Positions 13,201-28,600 of a DNA stretch of 64,000 bases are shown here, piece after piece. The DNA is from Auanema rhodensis (taxonomy: Eukaryota > Animalia > Nematoda). The first letter of the stretch is position 1. Each line of letters begins with the position of its first letter. The position numbers were made by a program, and so were the translations under genes. The notes below the pieces were generated by a model that was not told the origin of the DNA, did no database searches, and worked only from the letters and a program-made list of their open reading frames with translations. The DNA is taken from contig OZ059898.1 of NCBI GenBank assembly GCA_964057225.1, positions 3,224,001 through 3,288,000 on the forward strand. Reading direction: 5' to 3'.

Positions 13201-14381
13201 TATCCTCGATTTTCATCCTGAAGAATTAATTTTTTCGTTGAATAACATTGTCCATCGTCTTTGCCTTGAAAAATCGAATCTAAAAACATCTACTTTTCGC
13301 TAAATTATTTTGAAATTTTTCGAAAAAATTTTTGTCAAAATGTTTTTGGAAGCAATGTTGAGTGTACATGGAAACTCAACATACACTAATGCATCATTTT
13401 TCAAACGATCATAACTAATTTTTGTATCAAGCGTTTTTCAATGTAGTATAGTGCATTCGATGCGGATTTTTAAGCTGCGTCGATCTGTGTTATCAGATTT
13501 GCGCTAGCTTAAAAATGCACCGAGATATCAACTGATATAAGTTCACACTTATATCCTCGATTTTCATCCTGAAGAATTAATTTTTTCGTTGAATAACATT
13601 GTCCATCGTCTTTGCCTTGAAAAATTGAATCTAAAAACATCTACTTTTTGCTAAATTATTTTGAAATTTTCCGAAAAAATTTTTGTCAAAATGTTTTTGG
13701 AAGCAATGTTGAGTGTACATGGAAACTCAACATACACTAATGCATCATTTTTCAAACGATCATAACTAATTTTTGTATTAAGCGTTTTTCAATGTAGTAT
13801 AGTGCATTCGATGCGGATTTTTAAGCTGCGTCGTTCTGTGTTATCAGATTTGCGCTAGCTTAAAAATGCACCGAGATATCAATTGATATAAGTTCACACT
13901 TATATCCTCGATTTTCACCCTGAAGAATTAATTTTTTCGTTGAATAACATTGTCCATCGTCTTTGCCTTGAAAAATCGAATCTAAAAACATCTACTTTTT
14001 GCTAAATTATTTTGAAATTTTCCGAAAAAATTTTTGTCAAAATATTTTTGGAAGCAATGTTGAGTGTACATGGAAACTCAACATACACTATTGCATCATT
14101 TTTCTAACGATCATAACTAATTTTTGTATTAAGCTTTTCTCAATGTAGTATAGTGCATTCGATGCGGATTTTTAAGCTGCGTCGATCTGTGTTATCAGAT
14201 TTGCGCTAGCTTAAAAATGCACCGAGATATCAACTGATATAAGTTCACACTTATATCCTCGATTTTCACCCTGAAGAATTAATTTTCTCGTTGAATAACA
14301 TTGTCCATCGTCTTTGCCTTGAAAAAAGGAATCTAAAAACATCTACTTTTTGCTAAATTATTCTGAAATTTTTCGAAAAAA

Positions 14382-16487
14382 TTTTTGTCAAAATGTTTTT
14401 GGAAGCAATGTTGAGTGTACATGGAAACTCAACATACACTAATGCATCATTTTTCAAACGATCATAACTAATTTTTGTATTAAGCGTTTTTCAATGTAGT
14501 GTAGTGCATTCGATGCGGATTTTTAAGCTGCGTCGATCTGTGTTATCAGATTTGCTCTAGCTTAAAAATGCACCGAGATATCAACTGATATAAGTTCACA
14601 CTTATATCCTCGATTTTCATCCTGAAGAATTAATTTTTTCGTTGAATAACATTGTCCATCGTCTTTGCCTTGAAAAATCGAATCTAAAAACATCTACTTT
14701 TCGCTAAATTATTTTGAAATTTTTCGAAAAAATTTTTGTCAAAATGTTTTTGGAAGCAATGTTGAGTGTACATGGAAACTCAACATACACTAATGCATCA
14801 TTTTTCAAACGATCATAACTAATTTTTGTATCAAGCGTTTTTCAATGTAGTATAGTGCATTCGATGCGGATTTTTAAGCTGCGTCGATCTGTGTTATCAG
14901 ATTTGCGCTAGCTTAAAAATGCACCGAGATATCAACTGATATAAGTTCACACTTATATCCTCGATTTTCACCCTGAAGAATTAATTTTCTCGTTGAATAA
15001 CATTGTCCATCGTCTTTGCCTTGAAAAAAGGAATCTAAAAACATCTACTTTTTGCTAAATTATTTTGAAATTTTCCGAAAAAATTTTTGTCAAAATGTTT
15101 TTGGAAGCAATGTTGAGTGTACATGGAAACTCAACATACACTAATGCATCATTTTTCAAACGATCATAACTAATTTTTGTATTAAGCGTTTTTCAATGTA
15201 GTATAGTGCATTCGATGCGGATTTTTAAGCTGCGTCGATCTGTGTTATCAGATTTGCGCTAGCTTAAAAATGCACCGAGATATCAACTGATATAAGTTCA
15301 CACTTATATCCTCGATTTTCACCCTGAAGAATTAATTTTCTCGTTGAATAACATTGTCCATCGTCTTTGCCTTGAAAAAAGGAATCTAAAAACATCTACT
15401 TTTTGCTAAATTATTCTGAAATTTTTCGAAAAAATTTTTGTCAAAATGTTTTTGGAAGCAATGTTGAGTGTACATGGAAACTCAACATACACTAATGCAT
15501 CATTTTTCAAACGATCATAACTAATTTTTGTATTAAGCGTTTTTCAATGTAGTGTAGTGCATTCGATGCGGATTTTTAAGCTGCGTCGATCTGTGTTATC
15601 AGATTTGCTCTAGCTTAAAAATGCACCGAGATATCAACTGATATAAGTTCACACTTATATCCTCGATTTTCATCCTGAAGAATTAATTTTTTCGTTGAAT
15701 AACATTGTCCATCGTCTTTGCCTTGAAAAATCGAATCTAAAAACATCTACTTTTCGCTAAATTATTTTGAAATTTTTCGAAAAAATTTTTGTCAAAATGT
15801 TTTTGGAAGCAATGTTGAGTGTACATGGAAACTCAACATACACTAATGCATCATTTTTCAAACGATCATAACTAATTTTTGTATCAAGCGTTTTTCAATG
15901 TAGTATAGTGCATTCGATGCGGATTTTTAAGCTGCGTCGATCTGTGTTATCAGATTTGCGCTAGCTTAAAAATGCACCGAGATATCAACTGATATAAGTT
16001 CACACTTATATCCTCGATTTTCACCCTGAAGAATTAATTTTCTCGTTGAATAACATTGTCCATCGTCTTTGCCTTGAAAAAAGGAATCTAAAAACATCTA
16101 CTTTTTGCTAAATTATTTTGAAATTTTCCGAAAAAATTTTTGTCAAAATGTTTTTGGAAGCAATGTTGAGTGTACATGGAAACTCAACATACACTAATGC
16201 ATCATTTTTCAAACGATCATAACTAATTTTTGTATTAAGCGTTTTTCAATGTAGTATAGTGCATTCGATGCGGATTTTTAAGCTGCGTCGATCTGTGTTA
16301 TCAGATTTGCGCTAGCTTAAAAATGCACCGAGATATCAACTGATATAAGTTCACACTTATATCCTCGATTTTCACCCTGAAGAATTAATTTTCTCGTTGA
16401 ATAACATTGTCCATCGTCTTTGCCTTGAAAAAAGGAATCTAAAAACATCTACTTTTTGCTAAATTATTTTGAAATTTTTCGAAAAAA
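14382..16487. repeat. Tandem duplication of a 3-monomer (1053-bp) unit
   Basis: Monomer haplotypes at 14382/14733/15084 are repeated at 15435/15786/16137. Confidence 0.8.
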
Positions 16488-19400
16488 GTTTTGTCAAAAT
16501 GTTTTTGGAAGCAATGTTGAGTGTACATGGAAACTCAACATACACTAATGCATCATTTTTCAAACGATCATAACTAATTTTTGTATCAAGCTTTTCTCAA
16601 TGTAGTATAGTGCATTCGATGCGGATTTTTAAGCTGCGTCGATCTGTGTTATCAGATTTGCGCTAGCTTAAAAATGCACCGAGATATCAACTGATATAAG
16701 TTCACACTTATATCCTCGATTTTCACCCTGAAGAATTAATTTTCTCGTTGAATAACATTGTCCATCGTCTTTGCCTTGAAAAAAGGAATCTAAAAACATC
16801 TACTTTTTGCTAAATTATTTTGAAATTTTCCGAAAAAATTTTTGTCAAAATGTTTTTGGAAGCAATGTTGAGTGTACATGGAAACTCAACATACACTATT
16901 GCATCATTTTTCTAACGATCATAACTAATTTTTGTATTAAGCTTTTCTCAATGTAGTATAGTGCATTCGATGCGGATTTTTAAGCTGCGTCGATCTGTGT
17001 TATCAGATTTGCGCTAGCTTAAAAATGCACCGAGATATCAATTGATATAAGTTCACACTTATATCCTCGATTTTCACCCTGAAGAATTAATTTTTTCGTT
17101 GAATAACATTGTCTATCGTCTTTGCCTTGAAAAATGGAATCTAAAAACATCTACTTTTTGCTAAATTATTCTGAAATTTTTCGAAAAAATTTTTGTCAAA
17201 ATATTTTTGGAAGCAATGTTGAGTGTACATGGAAACTCAACATACACTATTGCATCATTTTTCTAACGATCATAACTAATTTTTGTATTAAGCTTTTCTC
17301 AATGTAGTATAGTGCATTCGATGCGGATTTTTAAGCTGCGTCGATCTGTGTTATCAGATTTGCGCTAGCTTAAAAATGCACTGAGATATCAACTGATATA
17401 AATTCACACTTATATCCTCGATTTTCATCCTGAAGAATTAATTTTTTCGTTGAATAACATTGTCCATCGTCTTTGCCTTGAAAAATCGAATCTAAAAACA
17501 TCTACTTTTCGCTAAATTATTTTGAAATTTTTCGAAAAAATTTTTGTCAAAATGTTTTTGGAAGCAATGTTGAGTGTACATGGAAACTCAACATACACTA
17601 ATGCATCATTTTTCAAACGATCATAACTAATTTTTGTATCAAGCGTTTTTCAATGTAGTATAGTGCATTCGATGCGGATTTTTAAGCTGCGTCGATCTGT
17701 GTTATCAGATTTGCGCTAGCTTAAAAATGCACCGAGATATCAACTGATATAAGTTCACACTTATATCCTCGATTTTCATCCTGAAGAATTAATTTTTTCG
17801 TTGAATAACATTGTCCATCGTCTTTGCCTTGAAAAATCGAATCTAAAAACATCTACTTTTTGCTAAATTATTTTGAAATTTTCCGAAAAAATTTTTGTCA
17901 AAATGTTTTTGGAAGCAATGTTGAGTGTACATGGAAACTCAACATACACTAATGCATCATTTTTCAAACGATCATAACTAATTTTTGTATTAAGCGTTTT
18001 TCAATGTAGTATAGTGCATTCGATGCGGATTTTTAAGCTGCGTCGATCTGTGTTATCAGATTTGCGCTAGCTTAAAAATGCACCGAGATATCAATTGATA
18101 TAAGTTCACACTTATATCCTCGATTTTCACCCTGAAGAATTAATTTTTTCGTTGAATAACATTGTCTATCGTCTTTGCCTTGAAAAATGGAATCTAAAAA
18201 CATCTACTTTTTGCTAAATTATTCTGAAATTTTTCGAAAAAATTTTTGTCAAAATATTTTTGGAAGCAATGTTGAGTGTACATGGAAACTCAACATACAC
18301 TATTGCATCATTTTTCTAACGATCATAACTAATTTTTGTATTAAGCTTTTCTCAATGTAGTATAGTGCATTCGATGCGGATTTTTAAGCTGCGTCGATCT
18401 GTGTTATCAGATTTGCGCTAGCTTAAAAATGCACCGAGATATCAACTGATATAAGTTCACACTTATATCCTCGATTTTCACCCTGAAGAATTAATTTTCT
18501 CGTTGAATAACATTGTCCATCGTCTTTGCCTTGAAAAATCGAATCTAAAAACATCTACTTTTTGCTAAATTATTTTGAAATTTTCCGAAAAAATTTTTGT
18601 CAAAATGTTTTTGGAAGCAATGTTGAGTGTACATGGAAACTCAACATACACTAATGCATCATTTTTCAAACGATCATAACTAATTTTTGTATTAAGCGTT
18701 TTTCAATGTAGTATAGTGCATTCGATGCGGATTTTTAAGCTGCGTCGATCTGTGTTATCAGATTTGCGCTAGCTTAAAAATGCACTGAGATATCAACTGA
18801 TATAAATTCACACTTATATCCTCGATTTTCACCCTGAAGAAATAATTTTTTCGTTGAATAACATTGTCCATCGTCTTTGCCTTGAAAAAAGGAATCTAAA
18901 AACATCTACTTTTTGCTAAATTATTTTGAAATTTTTCGAAAAAATTTTTGTCAAAATTTTTTGGAAGCAATGTTGAGTGTACATGGAAACTCAACATACA
19001 CTAATGCATCATTTTTCAAACGATCATAACTAATTTTTGTATTAAGCGTTTTTCAATGTAGTGTAGTGCATTCGATGCGGATTTTTAAGCTGCGTCGATC
19101 TGTGTTATCAGATTTGCTCTAGCTTAAAAATGCACCGAGATATCAACTGATATAAGTTCACACTTATATCCTCGATTTTCATCCTGAAGAATTAATTTTT
19201 TCGTTGAATAACATTGTCCATCGTCTTTGCCTTGAAAAAAGGAATCTAAAAACATCTACTTTTTGCTAAATTATTTTGAAATTTTCCGAAAAAATTTTTG
19301 TCAAAATGTTTTTGGAAGCAATGTTGAGTGTACATGGAAACTCAACATACACTAATGCATCATTTTTCAAACGATCATAACTAATTTTTGTATCAAGCGT

Positions 19401-22400
19401 TTTTCAATGTAGTATAGTGCATTCGATGCGGATTTTTAAGCTGCGTCGATCTGTGTTATCAGATTTGCGCTAGCTTAAAAATGCACCGAGATATCAACTG
19501 ATATAAGTTCACACTTATATCCTCGATTTTCACCCTGAAGAATTAATTTTTTCGTTGAATAACATTGTCCATCGTCTTTGCCTTGAAAAAAGGAATCTAA
19601 AAACATCTACTTTTTGCTAAATTATTTTGAAATTTTTCGAAAAAATTTTTGTCAAAATTTTTTGGAAGCAATGTTGAGTGTACATGGAAACTCAACATAC
19701 ACTAATGCATCATTTTTCAAACGATCATAACTAATTTTTGTATTAAGCGTTTTTCAATGTAGTGTAGTGCATTCGATGCGGATTTTTAAGCTGCGTCGAT
19801 CTGTGTTATCAGATTTGCTCTAGCTTAAAAATGCACCGAGATATCAACTGATATAAGTTCACACTTATATCCTCGATTTTCATCCTGAAGAATTAATTTT
19901 TTCGTTGAATAACATTGTCCATCGTCTTTGCCTTGAAAAATCGAATCTAAAAACATCTACTTTTCGCTAAATTATTTTGAAATTTTTCGAAAAAATTTTT
20001 GTCAAAATGTTTTTGGAAGCAATGTTGAGTGTACATGGAAACTCAACATACACTAATGCATCATTTTTCAAACGATCATAACTAATTTTTGTATCAAGCG
20101 TTTTTCAATGTAGTATAGTGCATTCGATGCGGATTTTTAAGCTGCGTCGATCTGTGTTATCAGATTTGCGCTAGCTTAAAAATGCACCGAGATATCAACT
20201 GATATAAGTTCACACTTATATCCTCGATTTTCACCCTGAAGAATTAATTTTCTCGTTGAATAACATTGTCCATCGTCTTTGCCTTGAAAAAAGGAATCTA
20301 AAAACATCTACTTTTTGCTAAATTATTTTGAAATTTTCCGAAAAAATTTTTGTCAAAATGTTTTTGGAAGCAATGTTGAGTGTACATGGAAACTCAACAT
20401 ACACTAATGCATCATTTTTCAAACGATCATAACTAATTTTTGTATCAAGCTTTTCTCAATGTAGTATAGTGCATTCGATGCGGATTTTTAAGCTGCGTCG
20501 ATCTGTGTTATCAGATTTGCGCTAGCTTAAAAATGCACCGAGATATCAACTGATATAAGTTCACACTTATATCCTCGATTTTCACCCTGAAGAATTAATT
20601 TTCTCGTTGAATAACATTGTCCATCGTCTTTGCCTTGAAAAAAGGAATCTAAAAACATCTACTTTTTGCTAAATTATTTTGAAATTTTCTGAAAAAATTT
20701 TTGTCAAAATGTTTTTGGAAGCAATGTTGAGTGTACATGGAAACTCAACATACACTATTGCATCATTTTTCTAACGATCATAACTAATTTTTGTATTAAG
20801 CTTTTCTCAATGTAGTATAGTGCATTCGATGCGGATTTTTAAGCTGCGTCGATCTGTGTTATCAGATTTGCGCTAGCTTAAAAATGCACTGAGATATCAA
20901 CTGATATAAATTCACACTTATATCCTCGATTTTCACCCTGAAGAAATAATTTTTTCGTTGAATAACATTGTCCATCGTCTTTGCCTTGAAAAAAGGAATC
21001 TAAAAACATCTACTTTTTGCTAAATTATTTTGAAATTTTTCGAAAAAATTTTTGTCAAAATTTTTTGGAAGCAATGTTGAGTGTACATGGAAACTCAACA
21101 TACACTAATGCATCATTTTTCAAACGATCATAACTAATTTTTGTATTAAGCGTTTTTCAATGTAGTGTAGTGCATTCGATGCGGATTTTTAAGCTGCGTC
21201 GATCTGTGTTATCAGATTTGCTCTAGCTTAAAAATGCACCGAGATATCAACTGATATAAGTTCACACTTATATCCTCGATTTTCATCCTGAAGAATTAAT
21301 TTTTTCGTTGAATAACATTGTCCATCGTCTTTGCCTTGAAAAATCGAATCTAAAAACATCTACTTTTCGCTAAATTATTTTGAAATTTTTCGAAAAAATT
21401 TTTGTCAAAATGTTTTTGGAAGCAATGTTGAGTGTACATGGAAACTCAACATACACTAATGCATCATTTTTCAAACGATCATAACTAATTTTTGTATCAA
21501 GCGTTTTTCAATGTAGTATAGTGCATTCGATGCGGATTTTTAAGCTGCGTCGATCTGTGTTATCAGATTTGCGCTAGCTTACAAATGCACCGAGATATCA
21601 ACTGATATAAGTTCACACTTATATCCTCGATTTTCATCCTGAAGAATTAATTTTTTCGTTGAATAACATTGTCCATCGTCTTTGCCTTGAAAAATCGAAT
21701 CTAAAAACATCTACTTTTTGCTAAATTATTTTGAAATTTTCCGAAAAAATTTTTGTCAAAATGTTTTTGGAAGCAATGTTGAGTATACATGGAAACTCAA
21801 CATACACTAATGCATCATTTTTCAAACGATCATAACTAATTTTTGTATTAAGCGTTTTTCAATGTAGTATAGTGCATTCGATGCGGATTTTTAAGCTGCG
21901 TCGATCTGTGTTATCAGATTTGCGCTAGCTTAAAAATGCACCGAGATATCAATTGATATAAGTTCACACTTATATCCTCGATTTTCACCCTGAAGAATTA
22001 ATTTTTTCGTTGATTAACATTGTCTATCGTCTTTGCCTTGAAAAATGGAATCTAAAAACATCTACTTTTTGCTAAATTATTCTGAAATTTTTCGAAAAAA
22101 TTTTTGTCAAAATATTTTTGGAAGCAATGTTGAGTGTACATGGAAACTCAACATACACTATTGCATCATTTTTCTAACGATCATAACTAATTTTTGTATT
22201 AAGCTTTTCTCAATGTAGTATAGTGCATTCGATGCGGATTTTTAAGCTGCGTCGATCTGTGTTATCAGATTTGCGCTAGCTTAAAAATGCACCGAGATAT
22301 CAACTGATATAAGTTCACACTTATATCCTCGATTTTCACCCTGAAGAATTAATTTTCTCGTTGAATAACATTGTCCATCGTCTTTGCCTTGAAAAAAGGA

Positions 22401-25400
22401 ATCTAAAAACATCTACTTTTTGCTAAATTATTTTGAAATTTTCCGAAAAAATTTTTGTCAAAATGTTTTTGGAAGCAATGTTGAGTGTACATGGAAACTC
22501 AACATACACTAATGCATCATTTTTCAAACGATCATAACTAATTTTTGTATTAAGCGTTTTTCAATGTAGTATAGTGCATTCGATGCGGATTTTTAAGCTG
22601 CGTCGATCTGTGTTATCAGATTTGCGCTAGCTTAAAAATGCACTGAGATATCAACTGATATAAATTCACACTTATATCCTCGATTTTCACCCTGAAGAAA
22701 TAATTTTTTCGTTGAATAACATTGTCCATCGTCTTTGCCTTGAAAAAAGGAATCTAAAAACATCTACTTTTTGCTAAATTTTTTTGAAATTTTTCGAAAA
22801 AATTTTTGTCAAAATTTTTTGGAAGCAATGTTGAGTGTACATGGAAACTCAACATACACTAATGCATCATTTTTCAAACGATCATAACTAATTTTTGTAT
22901 TAAGCGTTTTTCAATGTAGTGTAGTGCATTCGATGCGGATTTTTAAGCTGCGTCGATCTGTGTTATCAGATTTGCTCTAGCTTAAAAATGCACCGAGATA
23001 TCAACTGATATAAGTTCACACTTATATCCTCGATTTTCATCCTGAAGAATTAATTTTTTCGTTGAATAACATTGTCCATCGTCTTTGCCTTGAAAAATCG
23101 AATCTAAAAACATCTACTTTTCGCTAAATTATTTTGAAATTTTTCGAAAAAATTTTTGTCAAAATGTTTTTGGAAGCAATGTTGAGTGTACATGGAAACT
23201 CAACATACACTAATGCATCATTTTTCAAACGATCATAACTAATTTTTGTATCAAGCGTTTTTCAATGTAGTATAGTGCATTCGATGCGGATTTTTAAGCT
23301 GCGTCGATCTGTGTTATCAGATTTGCGCTAGCTTAAAAATGCACCGAGATATCAACTGATATAAGTTCACACTTATATCCTCGATTTTCACCCTGAAGAA
23401 TTAATTTTCTCGTTGAATAACATTGTCCATCGTCTTTGCCTTGAAAAAAGGAATCTAAAAACATCTACTTTTTGCTAAATTATTTTGAAATTTTCCGAAA
23501 AAATTTTTGTCAAAATGTTTTTGGAAGCAATGTTGAGTGTACATGGAAACTCAACATACACTAATGCATCATTTTTCAAACGATCATAACTAATTTTTGT
23601 ATTAAGCGTTTTTCAATGTAGTATAGTGCATTCGATGCGGATTTTTAAGCTGCGTCGATCTGTGTTATCAGATTTGCGCTAGCTTAAAAATGCACCGAGA
23701 TATCAACTGATATAAGTTCACACTTATATCCTCGATTTTCACCCTGAAGAATTAATTTTCTCGTTGAATAACATTGTCCATCGTCTTTGCCTTGAAAAAA
23801 GGAATCTAAAAACATCTACTTTTTGCTAAATTATTTTGAAATTTTTCGAAAAAAGTTTTGTCAAAATGTTTTTGGAAGCAATGTTGAGTGTACATGGAAA
23901 CTCAACATACACTAATGCATCATTTTTCAAACGATCATAACTAATTTTTGTATCAAGCGTTTTTCAATGTAGTATAGTGCATTCGATGCGGATTTTTAAG
24001 CTGCGTCGATCTGTGTTATCAGATTTGCTCTAGCTTAAAAATGCACCGAGATATCAACTGATATAAGTTCACACTTATATCCTCGATTTTCATCCTGAAG
24101 AATTAATTTTTTCGTTGAATAACATTGTCCATCGTCTTTGCCTTGAAAAATCGAATCTAAAAACATCTACTTTTCGCTAAATTATTTTGAAATTTTTCGA
24201 AAAAATTTTTGTCAAAATGTTTTTGGAAGCAATGTTGAGTGTACATGGAAACTCAACATACACTAATGCATCATTTTTCAAACGATCATAACTAATTTTT
24301 GTATCAAGCGTTTTTCAATGTAGTATAGTGCATTCGATGCGGATTTTTAAGCTGCGTCGATCTGTGTTATCAGATTTGCGCTAGCTTAAAAATGCACCGA
24401 GATATCAACTGATATAAGTTCACACTTATATCCTCGATTTTCATCCTGAAGAATTAATTTTTTCGTTGAATAACATTGTCCATCGTCTTTGCCTTGAAAA
24501 ATCGAATCTAAAAACATCTACTTTTTGCTAAATTATTTTGAAATTTTCCGAAAAAATTTTTGTCAAAATGTTTTTGGAAGCAATGTTGAGTGTACATGGA
24601 AACTCAACATACACTAATGCATCATTTTTCAAACGATCATAACTAATTTTTGTATTAAGCGTTTTTCAATGTAGTATAGTGCATTCGATGCGGATTTTTA
24701 AGCTGCGTCGATCTGTGTTATCAGATTTGCGCTAGCTTAAAAATGCACCGAGATATCAATTGATATAAGTTCACACTTATATCCTCGATTTTCACCCTGA
24801 AGAATTAATTTTTTCGTTGAATAACATTGTCTATCGTCTTTGCCTTGAAAAATGGAATCTAAAAACATCTACTTTTTGCTAAATTATTCTGAAATTTTTC
24901 GAAAAAATTTTTGTCAAAATATTTTTGGAAGCAATGTTGAGTGTACATGGAAACTCAACATACACTATTGCATCATTTTTCTAACGATCATAACTAATTT
25001 TTGTATTAAGCTTTTCTCAATGTAGTATAGTGCATTCGATGCGGATTTTTAAGCTGCGTCGATCTGTGTTATCAGATTTGCGCTAGCTTAAAAATGCACC
25101 GAGATATCAACTGATATAAGTTCACACTTATATCCTCGATTTTCACCCTGAAGAATTAATTTTCTCGTTGAATAACATTGTCCATCGTCTTTGCCTTGAA
25201 AAAAGGAATCTAAAAACATCTACTTTTCGCTAAATTATTTTGAAATTTTCCGAAAAAATTTTTGTCAAAATGTTTTTGGAAGCAATGTTGAGTGTACATG
25301 GAAACTCAACATACACTAATGCATCATTTTTCAAACGATCATAACTAATTTTTGTATTAAGCGTTTTTCAATGTAGTATAGTGCATTCGATGCGGATTTT

Positions 25401-27149
25401 TAAGCTGCGTCGATCTGTGTTATCAGATTTGCGCTAGCTTAAAAATGCACTGAGATATCAACTGATATAAATTCACACTTATATCCTCGATTTTCACCCT
25501 GAAGAAATAATTTTTTCGTTGAATAACATTGTCCATCGTCTTTGCCTTGAAAAAAGGAATCTAAAAACATCTACTTTTTGCTAAATTATTTTGAAATTTT
25601 TCGAAAAAATTTTTGTCAAAATTTTTTGGAAGCAATGTTGAGTGTACATGGAAACTCAACATACACTAATGCATCATTTTTCAAACGATCATAACTAATT
25701 TTTGTATTAAGCGTTTTTCAATGTAGTGTAGTGCATTCGATGCGGATTTTTAAGCTGCGTCGATCTGTGTTATCAGATTTGCGCTAGCTTAAAAATGCAC
25801 CGAGATATCAACTGATATAAGTTCACACTTATATCCTCGATTTTCACCCTGAAGAATTAATTTTCTCGTTGAATAACATTGTCCATCGTCTTTGCCTTGA
25901 AAAAAGGAATCTAAAAACATCTACTTTTTGCTAAATTATTTTGAAATTTTCCGAAAAAATTTTTGTCAAAATGTTTTTGGAAGCAATGTTGAGTGTACAT
26001 GGAAACTCAACATACACTAATGCATCATTTTTCAAACGATCATAACTAATTTTTGTATTAAGCGTTTTTCAATGTAGTATAGTGCATTCGATGCGGATTT
26101 TTAAGCTGCGTCGATCTGTGTTATCAGATTTGCGCTAGCTTAAAAATGCACCGAGATATCAACTGATATAAGTTCACACTTATATCCTCGATTTTCACCC
26201 TGAAGAATTAATTTTCTCGTTGAATAACATTGTCCATCGTCTTTGCCTTGAAAAAAGGAATCTAAAAACATCTACTTTTTGCTAAATTATTTTGAAATTT
26301 TTCGAAAAAAGTTTTGTCAAAATGTTTTTGGAAGCAATGTTGAGTGTACATGGAAACTCAACATACACTAATGCATCATTTTTCAAACGATCATAACTAA
26401 TTTTTGTATCAAGCGTTTTTCAGTGTAGTATAGTGCATTCGATGCGGATTTTTAAGCTGCGTCGATCTGTGTTATCAGATTTGCGCTAGCTTAAAAATGC
26501 ACCGAGATATCAACTGATATAAGTTCACACTTATATCCTCGATTTTCATCCTGAAGAATTAATTTTTTCGTTGAATAACATTGTCCATCGTCTTTGCCTT
26601 GAAAAATCGAATCTAAAAACATCTACTTTTTGCTAAATTATTTTGAAATTTTCCGAAAAAATTTTTGTCAAAATGTTTTTGGAAGCAATGTTGAGTGTAC
26701 ATGGAAACTCAACATACACTATTGCATCATTTTTCTAACGATCATAACTAATTTTTGTATTAAGCTTTTCTCAATGTAGTATAGTGCATTCGATGCGGAT
26801 TTTTAAGCTGCGTCGATCTGTGTTATCAGATTTGCGCTAGCTTAAAAATGCACCGAGATATCAACTGATATAAGTTCACACTTATATCCTCGATTTTCAC
26901 CCTGAAGAATTAATTTTCTCGTTGAATAACATTGTCCATCGTCTTTGCCTTGAAAAAAGGAATCTAAAAACATCTACTTTTTGCTAAATTATTTTGAAAT
27001 TTTCCGAAAAAATTTTTGTCAAAATGTTTTTGGAAGCAATGTTGAGTGTACATGGAAACTCAACATACACTATTGCATCATTTTTCTAACGATCATAACT
27101 AATTTTTGTATTAAGCTTTTCTCAATGTAGTATAGTGCATTCGATGCGG

Positions 27150-28600
27150 ATTTTTAAGCTGCGTCGATCTGTGTTATCAGATTTGCGCTAGCTTAAAAAT
27201 GCACTGAGATATCAACTGATATAAGTTCACACTTATATCCTCGATTTTCACCCTGAAGAAATAATTTTTTCGTTGAATAACATTGTCCATCGTCTTTGCC
27301 TTGAAAAAAGGAATCTAGAAACATCTACTTTTTGCTAAATTATTTTGAAATTTTTCGAAAAAATTTTTGTCAAAATATTTTTGGAAGCAATGTTGAGTGT
27401 ACATGGAAACTCAACATACACTATTGCATCATTTTTCTAACGATCATAACTAATTTTTGTATTAAGCTTTTCTCAATGTAGTATAGTGCATTCGATGCGG
27501 ATTTTTAAGCTGCGTCGATCTGTGTTATCAGATTTGCGCTAGCTTAAAAATGCACCGAGATATCAACTGATATAAGTTCACACTTATATCCTCGATTTTC
27601 ACCCTGAAGAATTAATTTTCTCGTTGAATAACATTGTCCATCGTCTTTGCCTTGAAAAAAGGAATCTAAAAACATCTACTTTTTGCTAAATTATTTTGAA
27701 ATTTTCCGAAAAAATTTTTGTCAAAATGTTTTTGGAAGCAATGTTGAGTGTACATGGAAACTCAACATACACTAATGCATCATTTTTCAAACGATCATAA
27801 CTAATTTTTGTATTAAGCGTTTTTCAATGTAGTATAGTGCATTCGATGCGGATTTTTAAGCTGCGTCGATCTGTGTTATCAGATTTGCGCTAGCTTAAAA
27901 ATGCACTGAGATATCAACTGATATAAGTTCACACTTATATCCTCGATTTTCACCCTGAAGAAATAATTTTTTCGTTGAATAACATTGTCCATCGTCTTTG
28001 CCTTGAAAAAAGGAATCTAGAAACATCTACTTTTTGCTAAATTATTTTGAAATTTTTCGAAAAAATTTTTGTCAAAATATTTTTGGAAGCAATGTTGAGT
28101 GTACATGGAAACTCAACATACACTATTGCATCATTTTTCTAACGATCATAACTAATTTTTGTATTAAGCTTTTCTCAATGTAGTATAGTGCATTCGATGC
28201 GGATTTTTAAGCTGCGTCGATCTGTGTTATCAGATTTGCGCTAGCTTAAAAATGCACCGAGATATCAACTGATATAAGTTCACACTTATATCCTCGATTT
28301 TCACCCTGAAGAATTAATTTTCTCGTTGAATAACATTGTCCATCGTCTTTGCCTTGAAAAAAGGAATCTAAAAACATCTACTTTTTGCTAAATTATTTTG
28401 AAATTTTCCGAAAAAATTTTTGTCAAAATGTTTTTGGAAGCAATGTTGAGTGTACATGGAAACTCAACATACACTAATGCATCATTTTTCAAACGATCAT
28501 AACTAATTTTTGTATTAAGCGTTTTTCAATGTAGTATAGTGCATTCGATGCGGATTTTTAAGCTGCGTCGATCTGTGTTATCAGATTTGCGCTAGCTTAA
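27150..28600. repeat. Tandem duplication of a 2-monomer (702-bp) unit (boundaries approximate)
   Basis: Private TCTAGAA variant at 27318 and 28020, offset 702. Confidence 0.85.
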
